Shown here piece by piece: positions 1 through 10,834 of a stretch of 64,000 nt of DNA (position 1 is its first letter; every line of letters begins with the position of its first letter). The notes under the pieces were generated by a model. That model did no database searches. It was given only the letters and a program-made list of their open reading frames with translations, and was not told where the DNA came from. Source of the stretch: Promethearchaeota archaeon. GTDB lineage: Archaea > Asgardarchaeota > Lokiarchaeia > Sigyniarchaeales > SOKP01. The DNA lies in assembly GCA_016840085.1 (NCBI GenBank), contig JAEOTA010000056.1, positions 5,328 to 69,327 on the forward strand. Direction: 5' to 3'. The translations under genes and the position numbers were made by a program.

Positions 1-275
1 TTATTGAACATATTAATAGAATAAGAATAGAAAAACTGATAAAATATAAAATGATAATATTATTGTATGTTGAATAGAAAAACCAAAACTCAAAAACCAA
101 GAAAATAATTGAATTTTAAATAATTTTGTTTCTTATTTTTGTTTTTATTTCATAATCCCGGCTTATCATAAGAATTATATTATTATTATGTTAATTTTAA
201 ATAAAGCAATTAATAAAAATTCATTTTTTAATTACTATAAATATTATTTTAGTTTTAAGATAAAATTACTATAAA

Positions 276-824
276 ATGAAAGTTCCATACAAAATAGAGA
301 CTAAAAGACTTGTACTTAGATCATTCATCAAAGAGGATTTTAAAGCATTTCATGATTTAGTAAGCAATGAAGAAACAATCAAAAGCCTTTATCTTAAAGA
401 TCAATTTAAAGAAATTAACAAAGTTCAATACTTATTTAATTCTTTAATTAATCCTTATAATTCTTCTGAGTCAATTTTTGTCTTAGCTATCACAGATAAA
501 GAAAATGAAAATTTCCTGGGATTCTGTGGATTTAAAGATTTAGAAAATAACAGTGATGCATTAACGTTCTATGCATTGTTACCAGAATATCGAGGTTATG
601 GATATGCTATAGAATTTATGAAAAAACTTATCGAATACGCATTTTTAAGACTAGATTTACCTAAGATTGTCGCACTCATTAATCCAAGGTATACTAAATC
701 ATGGAAAGTTGCCGAAAGAATAGGAATGAAGTACATGGGGCACGTTAAATATAAGAATTTTAATCCTGATCCAATGTTTTTTACTATTGAAAAAAAAGAA
801 TTCGAAGCTCAAAGAGCGTATTGA
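276..824 (+). CDS. GNAT N-acetyltransferase, RimJ/RimL family
   Basis: IETKRLVLR N-terminus, YRGYGYA acetyl-CoA motif, KVAERIGM. Confidence 0.88.
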   Translation: MKVPYKIETKRLVLRSFIKEDFKAFHDLVSNEETIKSLYLKDQFKEINKVQYLFNSLINPYNSSESIFVLAITDKENENFLGFCGFKDLENNSDALTFYALLPEYRGYGYAIEFMKKLIEYAFLRLDLPKIVALINPRYTKSWKVAERIGMKYMGHVKYKNFNPDPMFFTIEKKEFEAQRAY

Positions 825-854
825 AAAATTTTTTTAAAAATACTTTTGAGATAA

Positions 855-1427
855 TCAGGGATATCCAATTGGAATAATGTATAACGGTTCTGTTTTTTTA
901 GGAAGATTTAGAACTTCTTTAACGCGGTCATCTTCATAAGCCCCAATTGGGACTGAGGCTAAACCTAAAGCAACAGCTTCTAGATGAACGTTTTGAGCAC
1001 AATGCCCAATTTCAATGAATACATATCGTACACCTCTTTCGCCATACCTTTGAGTGGTTCTTGAAAATATCGCACAAATTATTATATTCATGTATGCTTC
1101 AGATATAAAATTTTGATCCCAAGAGGCTCTAGCTAGGTTCTTACTTAAATCCTCCTCAATAATTAATTCTAAGATATGTTTTTTAAAATTATAGTGAAAA
1201 AAACCTTTATCTTTTAATGTAACATATATCTCTAATGGATAAGTAGCACCTGCGGAAGGCACTGTTCTTTTAAATCCTTTTAGTCCCTGGGCAGACCATA
1301 AGATTTGTGAAATTTTTTCAATTTCAATCTTTTTATCTTTAAATTTTCTCACGCTTTCACGATTATAAATACATTCTTCAAGACTTTTAGTACCTTTTAG
1401 TTGTGGATCTGGAAGGTGAATTGACAT
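855..1427 (-). CDS. SagB/ThcOx-type nitroreductase family protein
   Basis: RESVRKF, RTVPSAGATYPLE, EIGHCAQNVHL motifs. Confidence 0.9.
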   Translation of the reverse strand: MSIHLPDPQLKGTKSLEECIYNRESVRKFKDKKIEIEKISQILWSAQGLKGFKRTVPSAGATYPLEIYVTLKDKGFFHYNFKKHILELIIEEDLSKNLARASWDQNFISEAYMNIIICAIFSRTTQRYGERGVRYVFIEIGHCAQNVHLEAVALGLASVPIGAYEDDRVKEVLNLPKKTEPLYIIPIGYP

Positions 1428-1537
1428 ATTACTACCGTTTTATTTTAAAACCTTGTGATATAATAGAGAGCCCACTATTAATATTTATTTTCTTGATAAT
1501 AGGAAAGTTTTTTTTTATAGAAATAACTGAGTCTTAT

Positions 1538-1894
1538 ATGACATCTGAACCTGATTTAAAGATCATCTTTCAAGAATGGAATGAATTGAATATTAAGACC
1601 CAGGAGTCTCTTGGACAATTTGATTTCTCCAAAATTAAAGAAATCAGAAAGAAACAGAAAGAAATTGAAGATTCGATATTTGAAATTCTCAAATCAAACG
1701 CACCAGATAATATTAAAGCACTATTACCTGATGATTGTGGGGAAATGGAAGTAGGTTTTGAGAGTGAAGAAAAAACATTTTATTTTGTAATGTTTGACCC
1801 TGAGTGTAGTGATGATGAGGAAGAAGCTCTTATTGCAATTACTATCAATACAAATAAAGACGTGAAAATGATTAAAGATTTTGAAATGGAGTAA
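1538..1894 (+). CDS. Hypothetical acidic protein
   Basis: ORF 1403..1894; ATG at 1538 avoids overlap with the divergent gene; protein-like composition. Confidence 0.6.
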   Translation: MTSEPDLKIIFQEWNELNIKTQESLGQFDFSKIKEIRKKQKEIEDSIFEILKSNAPDNIKALLPDDCGEMEVGFESEEKTFYFVMFDPECSDDEEEALIAITINTNKDVKMIKDFEME

Positions 1895-2042
1895 ATTTTT
1901 CTGTTTTATTCCTTTAATAACCTATAAATTGTATAATTTAGTAAAAAGGATAAACATAAATAATGAATTCAAAATAATCCATTTAAATGAATTAATTTAA
2001 GTATGAAGTGATTTTAAAATTTCTATTCCATCATCCTTAAGA

Positions 2043-3632
2043 GTGGGTCCAAGAACAACAAATACACTTGCTAAAAAACGCTATTTAATAGTTTATACCA
2101 TGGTAATTGTGGTGAGTGCTCAACCGACGATTATCTGGTTATGGTTTTTTTGGCAATCCTTCTATAATCTTCTATTTATCTTCTATTTGCTGTTTCCATT
2201 TGCTTTCTTTGTTGGTATAATTATTTTAATATTGAGTTCAATAATAGTAGCAAGAATTTTTCTATTTTTTATTAATTTGATACATAAGCCAAAGGAAGGT
2301 GTATTTCTTAGAGATAAAAATGATAAAGATTATTGTTATTGGAGTTTGCGCGCAGTTGTTAAAAAGTGGCCAACGTGGTTAGCGCGACAGTTATCTTTAC
2401 CATTACTTGAGACTTTACTTTTTAAAATTTTAGGAATCAAAACATCATTTTCAAATTGTTTAAGCGAGGGATGGGTTGATCTTGAATTTATAGAAATGGG
2501 TAAAAATGTTAGAATTGGTCAAGGCAGCTTTGTAATTTCTAATATTATTATAAAGAATAAGCTTATTATAAAAAAGGTGATAATAAAAGATAATGTTATC
2601 ATAGGTGCACATGCAGTTGTATTACCAGGAACAGTAATTGAATCTAATACTATTCTTGATGCAATTTCTATGACAACCATAGATCAACATTTAGAAAGAG
2701 ATTCAATATATTGTGGTGCTCCTGCTAAAAAAGATGATGAACTTTTTATTGTTAAGAATGAAAAAGAATTTGAAATACTAATATTTGAAGATGATATTAA
2801 AGAGAAATATGATGAAGAAAATCTAAGGGCACATGTTAAAGAAATGTCTGTTCCGTTCCATTTCTATGTAATATCAGGTTGGATAATAATAGGAGCATCT
2901 TTTATTTTGCCTAGCTTTTTCTTTTTTTCATTTCTTTTTGGAGTTCTAACACCGAACTTATTAACAACTCCTTTATCATTTGAGACTCTATTAAATATAA
3001 ATATTGTTCTGATTTTAATTTTTACTCCTTTAGTTTTAATCTGTATTTATTTATTACACTTGTTTTTTGTTGCTCTATTTACTAAATGGTTTTATAAATT
3101 AACTGATAAAAGAGGCCCTGAACAGGGTGTTTTTGATAGAAATTTAGATGAAACCTCAACGATTTTAGATTATTATCATTTTAGATCTTTTCTATTTAAA
3201 TATCCAATTTTCGCTTTTATTCGCTCTCCTTTTCCTTGGCTATTGAATTGCGAGTTAAGATTCCTCCATTCTAATAAAATCGGAAAAGGAACTGTATTTG
3301 AAGATACGTTTCTTCACAGTCACATTGATTTTGGGGAAAAATGCTATATTGGAACCTTTGCTCACATTACAAATCATGTTGTTGATGGTGTATACGGTGA
3401 AGAAAATTTAACATTTTTTGGAGCCCAAATAGGAAATAACTGCGTGTTCAATGCCTCAAGTGGAGCATTTCCAGGATTAGAAATGGATGATAATTCTACT
3501 ATATTACCTATATCTGCTACAATTAAATTTGATAAACTTGGAAAAGATGGAATATACGGTGGGTTTCCTGCTAAGAAACTTAATGCTGATGCTATAATTA
3601 AACTTCTGGGTGGTAAAAATAATGAAGAATAA
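2043..3632 (+). CDS. Membrane protein with two TM-hairpin + left-handed beta-helix (hexapeptide) modules
   Basis: Hexapeptide repeats (IEMGKNVRIGQGS, VIIKDNVIIGAHAVVLPG; IGKGTVF, IGNNCVFNA) ending in GAPAK/GFPAK, each preceded by hydrophobic helices. Confidence 0.8.
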   Translation: MGPRTTNTLAKKRYLIVYTMVIVVSAQPTIIWLWFFWQSFYNLLFIFYLLFPFAFFVGIIILILSSIIVARIFLFFINLIHKPKEGVFLRDKNDKDYCYWSLRAVVKKWPTWLARQLSLPLLETLLFKILGIKTSFSNCLSEGWVDLEFIEMGKNVRIGQGSFVISNIIIKNKLIIKKVIIKDNVIIGAHAVVLPGTVIESNTILDAISMTTIDQHLERDSIYCGAPAKKDDELFIVKNEKEFEILIFEDDIKEKYDEENLRAHVKEMSVPFHFYVISGWIIIGASFILPSFFFFSFLFGVLTPNLLTTPLSFETLLNINIVLILIFTPLVLICIYLLHLFFVALFTKWFYKLTDKRGPEQGVFDRNLDETSTILDYYHFRSFLFKYPIFAFIRSPFPWLLNCELRFLHSNKIGKGTVFEDTFLHSHIDFGEKCYIGTFAHITNHVVDGVYGEENLTFFGAQIGNNCVFNASSGAFPGLEMDDNSTILPISATIKFDKLGKDGIYGGFPAKKLNADAIIKLLGGKNNEE

Positions 3633-4509
3633 GGATTCAAATATGAATACTGAAAATTTAGAATTAATAGATATAAGAAAAATCCCAATTACCACAAACG
3701 CATTCACATGGTCCTGTTCTAGCATTTTACTTTATTTATTTCTCCATATTATATCTATTTTAATTCCAACCACAATGATATTATCATTTTTTAGTTTTGC
3801 TATGGATTCAAATTTCTTTCATTGGAGAATATTACTCATATTCATAGATGTATTGGCTTGGTGGGGGGCTTACCTCCTTACCAGTCTTTTTCTTGGGAAG
3901 CTTTGTTTAATTACTTTAAAATTAATCCATAAACCTAAAGAAGGGCTTTTTAAAGCTGATAAAAGCAACCGGGATTTTTCATTTTTTTGTCTTAGAGTCA
4001 CAACCAAGAAATTTATTTTCTGGATATGGAATAACTTTTGCTTTCCTTGGGTTTCAAATTTTGCTTTTAAAATGTGTGATATGAGAGCAGATTTCAAAAG
4101 TACCATGTTTGATGGATGGAGTGACGTGGAATTTATAGAATTTGGAAATAATATAATGGTTGGACAAGGAGCGCAAATTTTTTCAAGTATAATTATTAGG
4201 ATAAACAAAATTGATTATCTTCTAATAAAAAAAGTCATAATCGGGGATCATGTAGTGTTAGGGGGTAATTCAATTGTAGCACCAGGTACTATTGTCGGTA
4301 AAGGAACTACACTGGGGGTGTGGACTGTAACGTATATTAACCAGATTTTAGATCCTGATTATATTTATATCGGAAAACCAGCAAGAAAATACCAACCAAC
4401 TCAAAAAGCGATTGAAGAAACTAAAAAGGAAGCTACAAGAAGGATTATAGATACAGGTGAAAAAATACTATTTGATATATCCAAATTTAAAAAGAAAGAT
4501 AGAAAATAA
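3622..4509 (+). CDS. Membrane protein with one TM-hairpin + hexapeptide-repeat module (paralog of upstream gene)
   Basis: LIHKPKEG shared with upstream gene; IGDHVVLGGNSIVAPG...GKPAR; overlaps the upstream stop. Confidence 0.8.
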   Translation: MKNKDSNMNTENLELIDIRKIPITTNAFTWSCSSILLYLFLHIISILIPTTMILSFFSFAMDSNFFHWRILLIFIDVLAWWGAYLLTSLFLGKLCLITLKLIHKPKEGLFKADKSNRDFSFFCLRVTTKKFIFWIWNNFCFPWVSNFAFKMCDMRADFKSTMFDGWSDVEFIEFGNNIMVGQGAQIFSSIIIRINKIDYLLIKKVIIGDHVVLGGNSIVAPGTIVGKGTTLGVWTVTYINQILDPDYIYIGKPARKYQPTQKAIEETKKEATRRIIDTGEKILFDISKFKKKDRK

Positions 4510-4521
4510 AAAAAATAATTA

Positions 4522-5886
4522 TTATTCTAATTTTGCGTGTTTTTCAGCATGCATTTGCAATACTTTTTCTTGGATTTCTTTTAAATAATCTCCTTTAAGT
4601 GGATAAAATACAAGAAGAATAACTCCAATTATCATGGCAATACCGGGTATTAGTCCTATTATGATTTTTATCATAAATATCGCACTAGAAGGTTGAGCTA
4701 TTTCTTCTGTTAGAAAACCAGCAAGTGATAATAACCATGGACCAATAGAAATAGCAATAGATTGAGCAGGTTTAGTAAGCATAGCATTAGTACCGAAAAA
4801 TGCTGCTTCTCTTCTAACTCCCGATTTAATTTCATCTTCATCAGCAACTTGACCATAAAGGACGTTTGTTAATACTAAAGGACCAGCTAATCCAATCCCT
4901 CCAATAAACAAACTAATATAAATTAAAGTATCAGGAACAAATGGTACAATTATTAAAAACACTGCACCAAAACCTAGAAGAATTTGATTTGCTTGAACAA
5001 CACCAAATCTACCGGCAAGAATATTTGTGAAGAATACGCCAACAATTATCCCTCCAATTAACGCTGCCAATAAAATTATTGTAGAAACCATCATAACATA
5101 GTCCGCTAAATAAAACATGTAACTCAAAATAATTTGTTGAAATAAAATTGACATGAAATTGGCTGCCGTTAATATCAGAAACGCTTTACTTTTAAATGTA
5201 TATTTAATTGATGCACCCAGTTTTAGTGGTTCATCAACTTGTGTAAATTCAGGGCGCTCTTTAAATCTATAAGTTGTTAAGATTACACAAGCAGCTCCAA
5301 TTACTCCAACTATTATCATCCCTATATAAAACCAAGTTAAATTGGTTTGTCCTACTTCAGGTCGTACAAGATCGGGGATTATAAAACCAAAAATTGCCCC
5401 TATTAAATAAAATATAGAACTATATTGTTGAAATTCACCTCTTACTTTGTCTTCTTCACTCAATTCAGGTAATAAAGCAGAATATACTAGACCGATTATA
5501 GTATAACAGGTATCATACAAACACATTAATAATAACATCCAGAGAAAGATAGAAAGTTGATCAAAATTTAGAGGGACGAACCAAAATATAATAAATGTTA
5601 ATGCAAGAAATGGTGCTGTGAATCTCATAAACGGAATACGACGACCTAATTTACTTCTAGTTTTATCTGATAAATATCCAAAAATTGGATCATTTAAAGC
5701 ATTCCAGATTGCGTAGATCCAAGCAGCAACTCCTATTAAAAATGGATCTAAATTTAGATAGACATGATAAAAAATTACTGTAGTTGTAGCAAAAACTCCA
5801 GAAATTATAGATGTTCCGAAATTAGCAATTCCCCATATTGCTTTATCTTTCGTAGTATATATTCGAGCACTACTATTTTCTGACAT
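4522..5886 (-). CDS. MFS transporter, GPH/MelB glycoside:cation symporter family
   Basis: WNALNDPIFGYLSDKTRSKLGRRIPF and ADEDEIKSGVRREA motifs; ~12 TM; ATG at 5886. Confidence 0.9.
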   Translation of the reverse strand: MSENSSARIYTTKDKAIWGIANFGTSIISGVFATTTVIFYHVYLNLDPFLIGVAAWIYAIWNALNDPIFGYLSDKTRSKLGRRIPFMRFTAPFLALTFIIFWFVPLNFDQLSIFLWMLLLMCLYDTCYTIIGLVYSALLPELSEEDKVRGEFQQYSSIFYLIGAIFGFIIPDLVRPEVGQTNLTWFYIGMIIVGVIGAACVILTTYRFKERPEFTQVDEPLKLGASIKYTFKSKAFLILTAANFMSILFQQIILSYMFYLADYVMMVSTIILLAALIGGIIVGVFFTNILAGRFGVVQANQILLGFGAVFLIIVPFVPDTLIYISLFIGGIGLAGPLVLTNVLYGQVADEDEIKSGVRREAAFFGTNAMLTKPAQSIAISIGPWLLSLAGFLTEEIAQPSSAIFMIKIIIGLIPGIAMIIGVILLVFYPLKGDYLKEIQEKVLQMHAEKHAKLE

Positions 5887-6161
5887 GATATCACATCTTT
5901 TTTTTTTAAATTTTTTGAAAAAGTAAAATGTTGTAAATAATATTTCTTTAAGGGCTTTAAATAACTTTCTTTTCAAATTTGATTTTAAAAATATGGTAAT
6001 TATCAATTAGAATCTTTCAAAAGATCTCTTCTTATCTAGATATTTTTAAGATTAAAAGGAAAACCGTTAAATTATCTTAAAAATTAAAAAAGTAAGAGAT
6101 ATATATTAAAAATTAAATATTCTAATAATACGATTATTATAAATTAAGAAACTGATATATT

Positions 6162-6908
6162 ATGTATAAACTTGTATTTTTAAGACATGGGGAAAGTATT
6201 TGGAATAAGGAGAATAGGTTTTCAGGTTGGACTGATGTTGATCTCTCAGAAAAAGGGATTCAAGAGGCGAAAGAAGCAGCAAAGTTATTGAAAGAAGGAG
6301 GTTATTCATTTGATATTGCTTTCACATCTGTACTTAAAAGAGGTATAAGAACCCTATGGATTGTATTAGATGAGATGGATTTAATGTGGATTCCAGTTCA
6401 TCGCTCGTGGAGGTTGAATGAACGACATTATGGTGCCTTACAAGGTTTTTATAAAGCAAAAATGGCTGCTGAAATAGGTGAAAAACAAATACTTATTTGG
6501 AGAAGAAGTTATGATGTGCCCCCTCCTCCTCTTAAAACTAGTGACCCTCGATATCCTAGAAATGAAAAAAAATACGAAGAGTTAAGTAGCGATGAAATTC
6601 CTTTAACTGAATGTTTGAAAGATACAGTTGCCAGAGTATTACCTTACTGGCATGAAACAATTGCCCCAACTATTAAATCTGGGAAAAAAATCTTAATTTC
6701 TGCCCATGGTAATAGTTTACGGGCTCTTGTTAAATACCTTGATAATGTTTCTGATGAAGAGATTTTAAAATTAAATATTCCAACTGGAGTTCCTTTAATT
6801 TATGAATTAGATGACGATTTAAAACCAATTAAACATTATTATCTTGGAGATCCTAAAAAAATTCAAAAAGCTATAAACGCAGTAGCAGAACAAGGAAAAG
6901 CATTATAA
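6162..6908 (+). CDS. gpmA: 2,3-bisphosphoglycerate-dependent phosphoglycerate mutase
   Basis: [33 protein letters not shown]. Confidence 0.97.
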   Translation: MYKLVFLRHGESIWNKENRFSGWTDVDLSEKGIQEAKEAAKLLKEGGYSFDIAFTSVLKRGIRTLWIVLDEMDLMWIPVHRSWRLNERHYGALQGFYKAKMAAEIGEKQILIWRRSYDVPPPPLKTSDPRYPRNEKKYEELSSDEIPLTECLKDTVARVLPYWHETIAPTIKSGKKILISAHGNSLRALVKYLDNVSDEEILKLNIPTGVPLIYELDDDLKPIKHYYLGDPKKIQKAINAVAEQGKAL

Positions 6909-7002
6909 TTAAGGAAATTACATTTGAAATATTTTCATTTTTCTAAAGGGTAATTATAAAAAAAAATTTAATTTTATTAAAAATCTTTTTAAAGTAATTG
7001 GT

Positions 7003-7314
7003 TTATTTCCATTCCATTCCAACTATTTTATAAGAATCAGATACTCCCATTAAATTTTCAACCTGAATGTGAAATCCTTCAATTTCAGTAGCAAATGGAA
7101 CGAAATATTTATTAAGTTCTAATGCAACTTCTTCTGCTTTTCCTCGTTCTGTATAAATTAAGTGATATTTTTTCATTCCATCTTTACCTGCTGGGGTATT
7201 GAAAACACGCCATTTTGCTACATAAGGAAGTTCTCTAGGTTGTTTTAAATATATTTTAGCAATATCTAACCCTTTATGCATTGGATACCATACTGTTACC
7301 ATAAAAATTCCCAT
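7003..7314 (-). CDS. Small hypothetical protein
   Basis: 103-aa ORF, ATG preceded by GAGGT. Confidence 0.7.
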   Translation of the reverse strand: MGIFMVTVWYPMHKGLDIAKIYLKQPRELPYVAKWRVFNTPAGKDGMKKYHLIYTERGKAEEVALELNKYFVPFATEIEGFHIQVENLMGVSDSYKIVGMEWK

Positions 7315-7473
7315 AATTCATTTTAACCTCTTTTTACTTTTTAAAATTGGATTTAAAGGTAAGTTAATACTTATCATAATTTTATCTAAGAATTTCCATT
7401 TTTTTAAGGATCTATTAAAAAATAATAAAAACATTCGAATAATTTTATCAAATAGAACAAGAGGAAATTTAAT

Positions 7474-8262
7474 ATGGTAAAAAAATTGTTAATTGATAAT
7501 CCTGCTGTTTCCAATGTGGTTTTCTACCCTCGAAAAATTCTAATACCTGATGAAAGGGATTCAAACATTAAAGTCCTAAAACTTCAAATTACTAAAGATA
7601 TCCTTATTGGAGGTTTTTTTTATTTGAATAATCCAAATTATCCCACGATTTTATTATTCCATGGTAATGGAGAAATTGCAGCAGATTATCAGTATTTTTT
7701 AAATTTCTTTTTTAAATGTGATATCAATTTAGCAGTTGTGGATTTTCGGGGGTATGGATTTAGTTCGGGTGAACCTTTCTACACAAGTTTAATAATAGAT
7801 GCTTTACCAATCTATAATGCATTTTATAAGTGGATGATTGATAATAATATGAAAGATTCCTTATTTGTTCAAGGTCGTTCATTAGGGAGTATTTGTGCTT
7901 CTGAAATTGGATCATATAATCCTGAGAGTTTAAATGGAATTATTTTTGAAAGCGGATTTGCCAGTTTATATGATATGATGACAAGATTATTTAGAGTAAG
8001 TGGTTCTGAGATTACACCAGATTTCTTAAGTCAATATTCCAATGATACAAGAATCAGAAAATTTAAGAAACCAGTGTTAGTCATTCATGGTACTGTTGAT
8101 TGGATTATTCCTTATTATCAAGGAAAGATGATCTATGAAAATATTCCTGAGGAAGTTGAGAAAAATTTAGTATCAATAGAAGGTGCTGGGCATAATAATA
8201 TTTTTTCTTTTGAAGATGATTATATAACGCCCTTAAAAGAATTCATAAGTAAATTTAAATAA
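7474..8262 (+). CDS. Alpha/beta hydrolase (ABHD13/17-like)
   Basis: FHGNGE, DFRGYG, GRSLG nucleophile elbow, HGTVD, GAGHNN. Confidence 0.9.
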   Translation: MVKKLLIDNPAVSNVVFYPRKILIPDERDSNIKVLKLQITKDILIGGFFYLNNPNYPTILLFHGNGEIAADYQYFLNFFFKCDINLAVVDFRGYGFSSGEPFYTSLIIDALPIYNAFYKWMIDNNMKDSLFVQGRSLGSICASEIGSYNPESLNGIIFESGFASLYDMMTRLFRVSGSEITPDFLSQYSNDTRIRKFKKPVLVIHGTVDWIIPYYQGKMIYENIPEEVEKNLVSIEGAGHNNIFSFEDDYITPLKEFISKFK

Positions 8263-8406
8263 CTTTTCTTCTATAATTTGTATTTTTATTTAGGTTTTTT
8301 ATCAGAAATTGTTAAAAATTGGACTAGGTATCATTTTTCTACACTTCTTTTTCTATAATTATTAAGATACAAGATAAGTATAGAATAAAACAAAGTGAAA
8401 ATTTAA

Positions 8407-8724
8407 GTGTCTGGAAAGGCTTTTAATTATTGTCCTCATTGTGGAAAAAAATTACCAAAAACTAATGGTTCCAAAGCAAATTTTTGTTGTTATTGTGGGC
8501 GTAAATTAAGAAATGAAAATAAGAAAACATACACCAGAATCCAATGTACAATTTGTCATAAGTATATTAGTAATGAATATATAAATACTATAAAATGTTC
8601 TTACTGCGGAAGTCAATATCATTCAAGCTGTGTAACCTCTTGGCTCTTAAAATATAATGCGTGTCCTATGTGTCAAAATGTTTTTATTTTTCCTGATAAG
8701 AAATTAATTGAATTAAAACATTAA
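8407..8724 (+). CDS. Double zinc-ribbon + RING-finger protein (putative E3 ligase-like)
   Basis: CPHCG...FCCYCG, then CTIC-x13-CSYC-x4-HSSC..W..CPMC. Confidence 0.8.
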   Translation: MSGKAFNYCPHCGKKLPKTNGSKANFCCYCGRKLRNENKKTYTRIQCTICHKYISNEYINTIKCSYCGSQYHSSCVTSWLLKYNACPMCQNVFIFPDKKLIELKH

Positions 8725-8757
8725 GAACGGGAAATTGAAAAAAAAAATGGTAGTTTT

Positions 8758-9387
8758 TTACTTTTTCAAGACATAAATTCCATTTTCAAGAAACCAGATC
8801 AAGTTAGCAAAAAGAAACAACCATTCAGTAAGACTTTGAGCCTCAGGTAATATGTCACTTTGCACTCTATTCACAACTAGTATTATTAAATAAATAATGA
8901 AAAAGACAGCAACTATTATATTGAACACTGTTTGTATCATTGAAAATTCTGAAGATTTCCATTCAATATATGCATATGAGAATAAATATAATATTCCCAT
9001 GAAAAAGAACATTAATTCAAAAACAAAGTGAGTATTATAGGCTTGCTCTGAATTGAATATTGCCATACCACAAATTCCTGCTGCTGAAAGAACACTAAAA
9101 ATAAACACGATCCAAGTATTTTTCACATCTAAGCCTTTTTCCTGCAAATATCGAGTAAAGCCTAATAGAAAAATTATCATAAAAACACCTGTTATAAACC
9201 AGAATATATTAAAGAAGATATACAAGTCATTCGAAGGAGTTCCTAAATAACTAACATGGGTCACTAGTAAACTAAAATTAGGTTCTACCAATATCGCTGG
9301 AATTAGCCCTATTATAAAAATTGCAAGTCCAATAAAAGCGAAATAGCTCGTGTGTACCTTTTCAAAAATTTTATCTATTCTTTCCAT
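8758..9387 (-). CDS. Membrane protein, DUF998/Frag1-DRAM-Sfk1-like
   Basis: About 6 TM; HVSYLG after TM1, conserved His, EW in the last helix. Confidence 0.65.
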   Translation of the reverse strand: MERIDKIFEKVHTSYFAFIGLAIFIIGLIPAILVEPNFSLLVTHVSYLGTPSNDLYIFFNIFWFITGVFMIIFLLGFTRYLQEKGLDVKNTWIVFIFSVLSAAGICGMAIFNSEQAYNTHFVFELMFFFMGILYLFSYAYIEWKSSEFSMIQTVFNIIVAVFFIIYLIILVVNRVQSDILPEAQSLTEWLFLFANLIWFLENGIYVLKK

Positions 9388-9554
9388 TTTGCATCATCTA
9401 TATTGTTATGTTATTGTTATTAAGAAATATATTGGATATAAGTCTTATTTATAAATATTTAATTCGAAGAAATAAAAAAACTATATAAATAAAAGTAATT
9501 TTTTTTTTTACCTTTATTGAATTTGAAATCTATTATATAGAGGGAAAAAAAACA

Positions 9555-9938
9555 ATGGCAGAAATATCTAAAGAATTAAAATATGTAATTTTGGCTCACG
9601 CAATAGTATTTTTACTATTTGGGATCTGGTTCTTCTTTTTCATTGAAAACTATGTCGATGTTTTCCAATGGCTATATTTAGATCCTATAGCTGGACATTA
9701 TATTGGTGGATTTTTACTAGCAGGTGGAATTATCAATATACTAATCTATTTTAAAGAGACAGAATGGGATAGGATAGAATGTTATGTAATTTTCTTAATA
9801 CTTTTTTGTCTATTAGGATTGATTGCTCAGATTTGGGGTTCAATTACAGATTTTACTGCTGCAGGAATATTTAATGCAATACTACATGCGATATTTTTAG
9901 TGGCATATACGTATTTCTTTTTAAAACAGCGTAAATAG
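9555..9938 (+). CDS. Small 4-TM membrane protein
   Basis: 127-aa hydrophobic ORF, GAGGG upstream. Confidence 0.75.
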   Translation: MAEISKELKYVILAHAIVFLLFGIWFFFFIENYVDVFQWLYLDPIAGHYIGGFLLAGGIINILIYFKETEWDRIECYVIFLILFCLLGLIAQIWGSITDFTAAGIFNAILHAIFLVAYTYFFLKQRK

Positions 9939-10044
9939 ATAGATTACATTAATTCATGAATCAAAATGAAATAACAATAGAAAGAGTCATAAAAAAAATA
10001 TTAAATTTTTTTTCTTTTTTTTAAAAAAACTTAAAAATCTCTTT

Positions 10045-10269
10045 TTAATCACTCAGAAACTCATGGATTAAAATTTCCTTAAATTCTAAGTGTTTTTCTT
10101 TGAATGGGATCATTTCTTTTCCATCATAAATATCTGGAGGTGTGAATTTTTTAAATGCAACAGAGAAAGGGATGATAAGATTTGAGATATCAGGAAAATT
10201 ATTATTATCTACAGCTTCTTCATCAATATTAATTATTTTTATTTTTTTATCAATTATTTTTATACTCAA
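10045..10269 (-). CDS. Small IPF-motif family protein, copy 1
   Basis: ISNLIIPFSVAFKKFTPPDIYDGKEMIPFKEKHLEFKEILIHEF; TTG start with GAGGG 7 nt upstream. Confidence 0.8.
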   Translation of the reverse strand: MSIKIIDKKIKIINIDEEAVDNNNFPDISNLIIPFSVAFKKFTPPDIYDGKEMIPFKEKHLEFKEILIHEFLSD

Positions 10270-10409
10270 ATATAATCCCTCATTATGTTCTTTTTAATTT
10301 CAACATATTAAGCTAATTATTTAAGAGAAAACTCCCGACAAATTTAGTGATATATAAAAAAATTGCATTTCAAATTCTAATCTTAACACGGTTTTCATCA
10401 AGTAAAGTG

Positions 10410-10727
10410 TTATTCTATATGGAATTCATTTTTCATAACATGTTTAATTTTAGAATTGGGTTTCTTTATGATATTTCTTTTATCATTGGAGTATAAATCA
10501 ACTGGAAATTTTTCATTATAGATATTTAAAAGCAGAATTATTAAATTTGAGATATTATGGAAGCAAATTGAAGAATTTTTACAATTAAATAAGTCTGCTA
10601 CAAGCTTTGAAAGTAAAAAAAATCTCTTTTTTTGAACCTCCTTGTTTGTAGAATAATCGTCTGTTCTAAAAGTACTTTCTAGAAAATCTTCAACAAGTTT
10701 TTCAATAGATACTGAATCCATTTTCAT
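10410..10727 (-). CDS. Divergent IPF-motif family protein, copy 2 (N-terminally extended)
   Basis: ISNLIILLLNIYNEKFPVDLYSNDKRNIIKKPNSKIKHVMKNEF aligns by eye with copy 1. Confidence 0.7.
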   Translation of the reverse strand: MKMDSVSIEKLVEDFLESTFRTDDYSTNKEVQKKRFFLLSKLVADLFNCKNSSICFHNISNLIILLLNIYNEKFPVDLYSNDKRNIIKKPNSKIKHVMKNEFHIE

Positions 10728-10834
10728 CGTAAAATTGCAATTTTTTACGATTTATCTGAATTAAAATATATAAAGAAACAGCTTTTTTATCAAAACGAGT
10801 TTAGAGTAAATTCATTACTTTATATAAAAAATAT

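Noticed and set aside
1-169. Minus-strand frame starting ATG ATA AGC CGG
   Set aside because: Hits TAA after 17 codons; no recognisable product and truncated by the window edge
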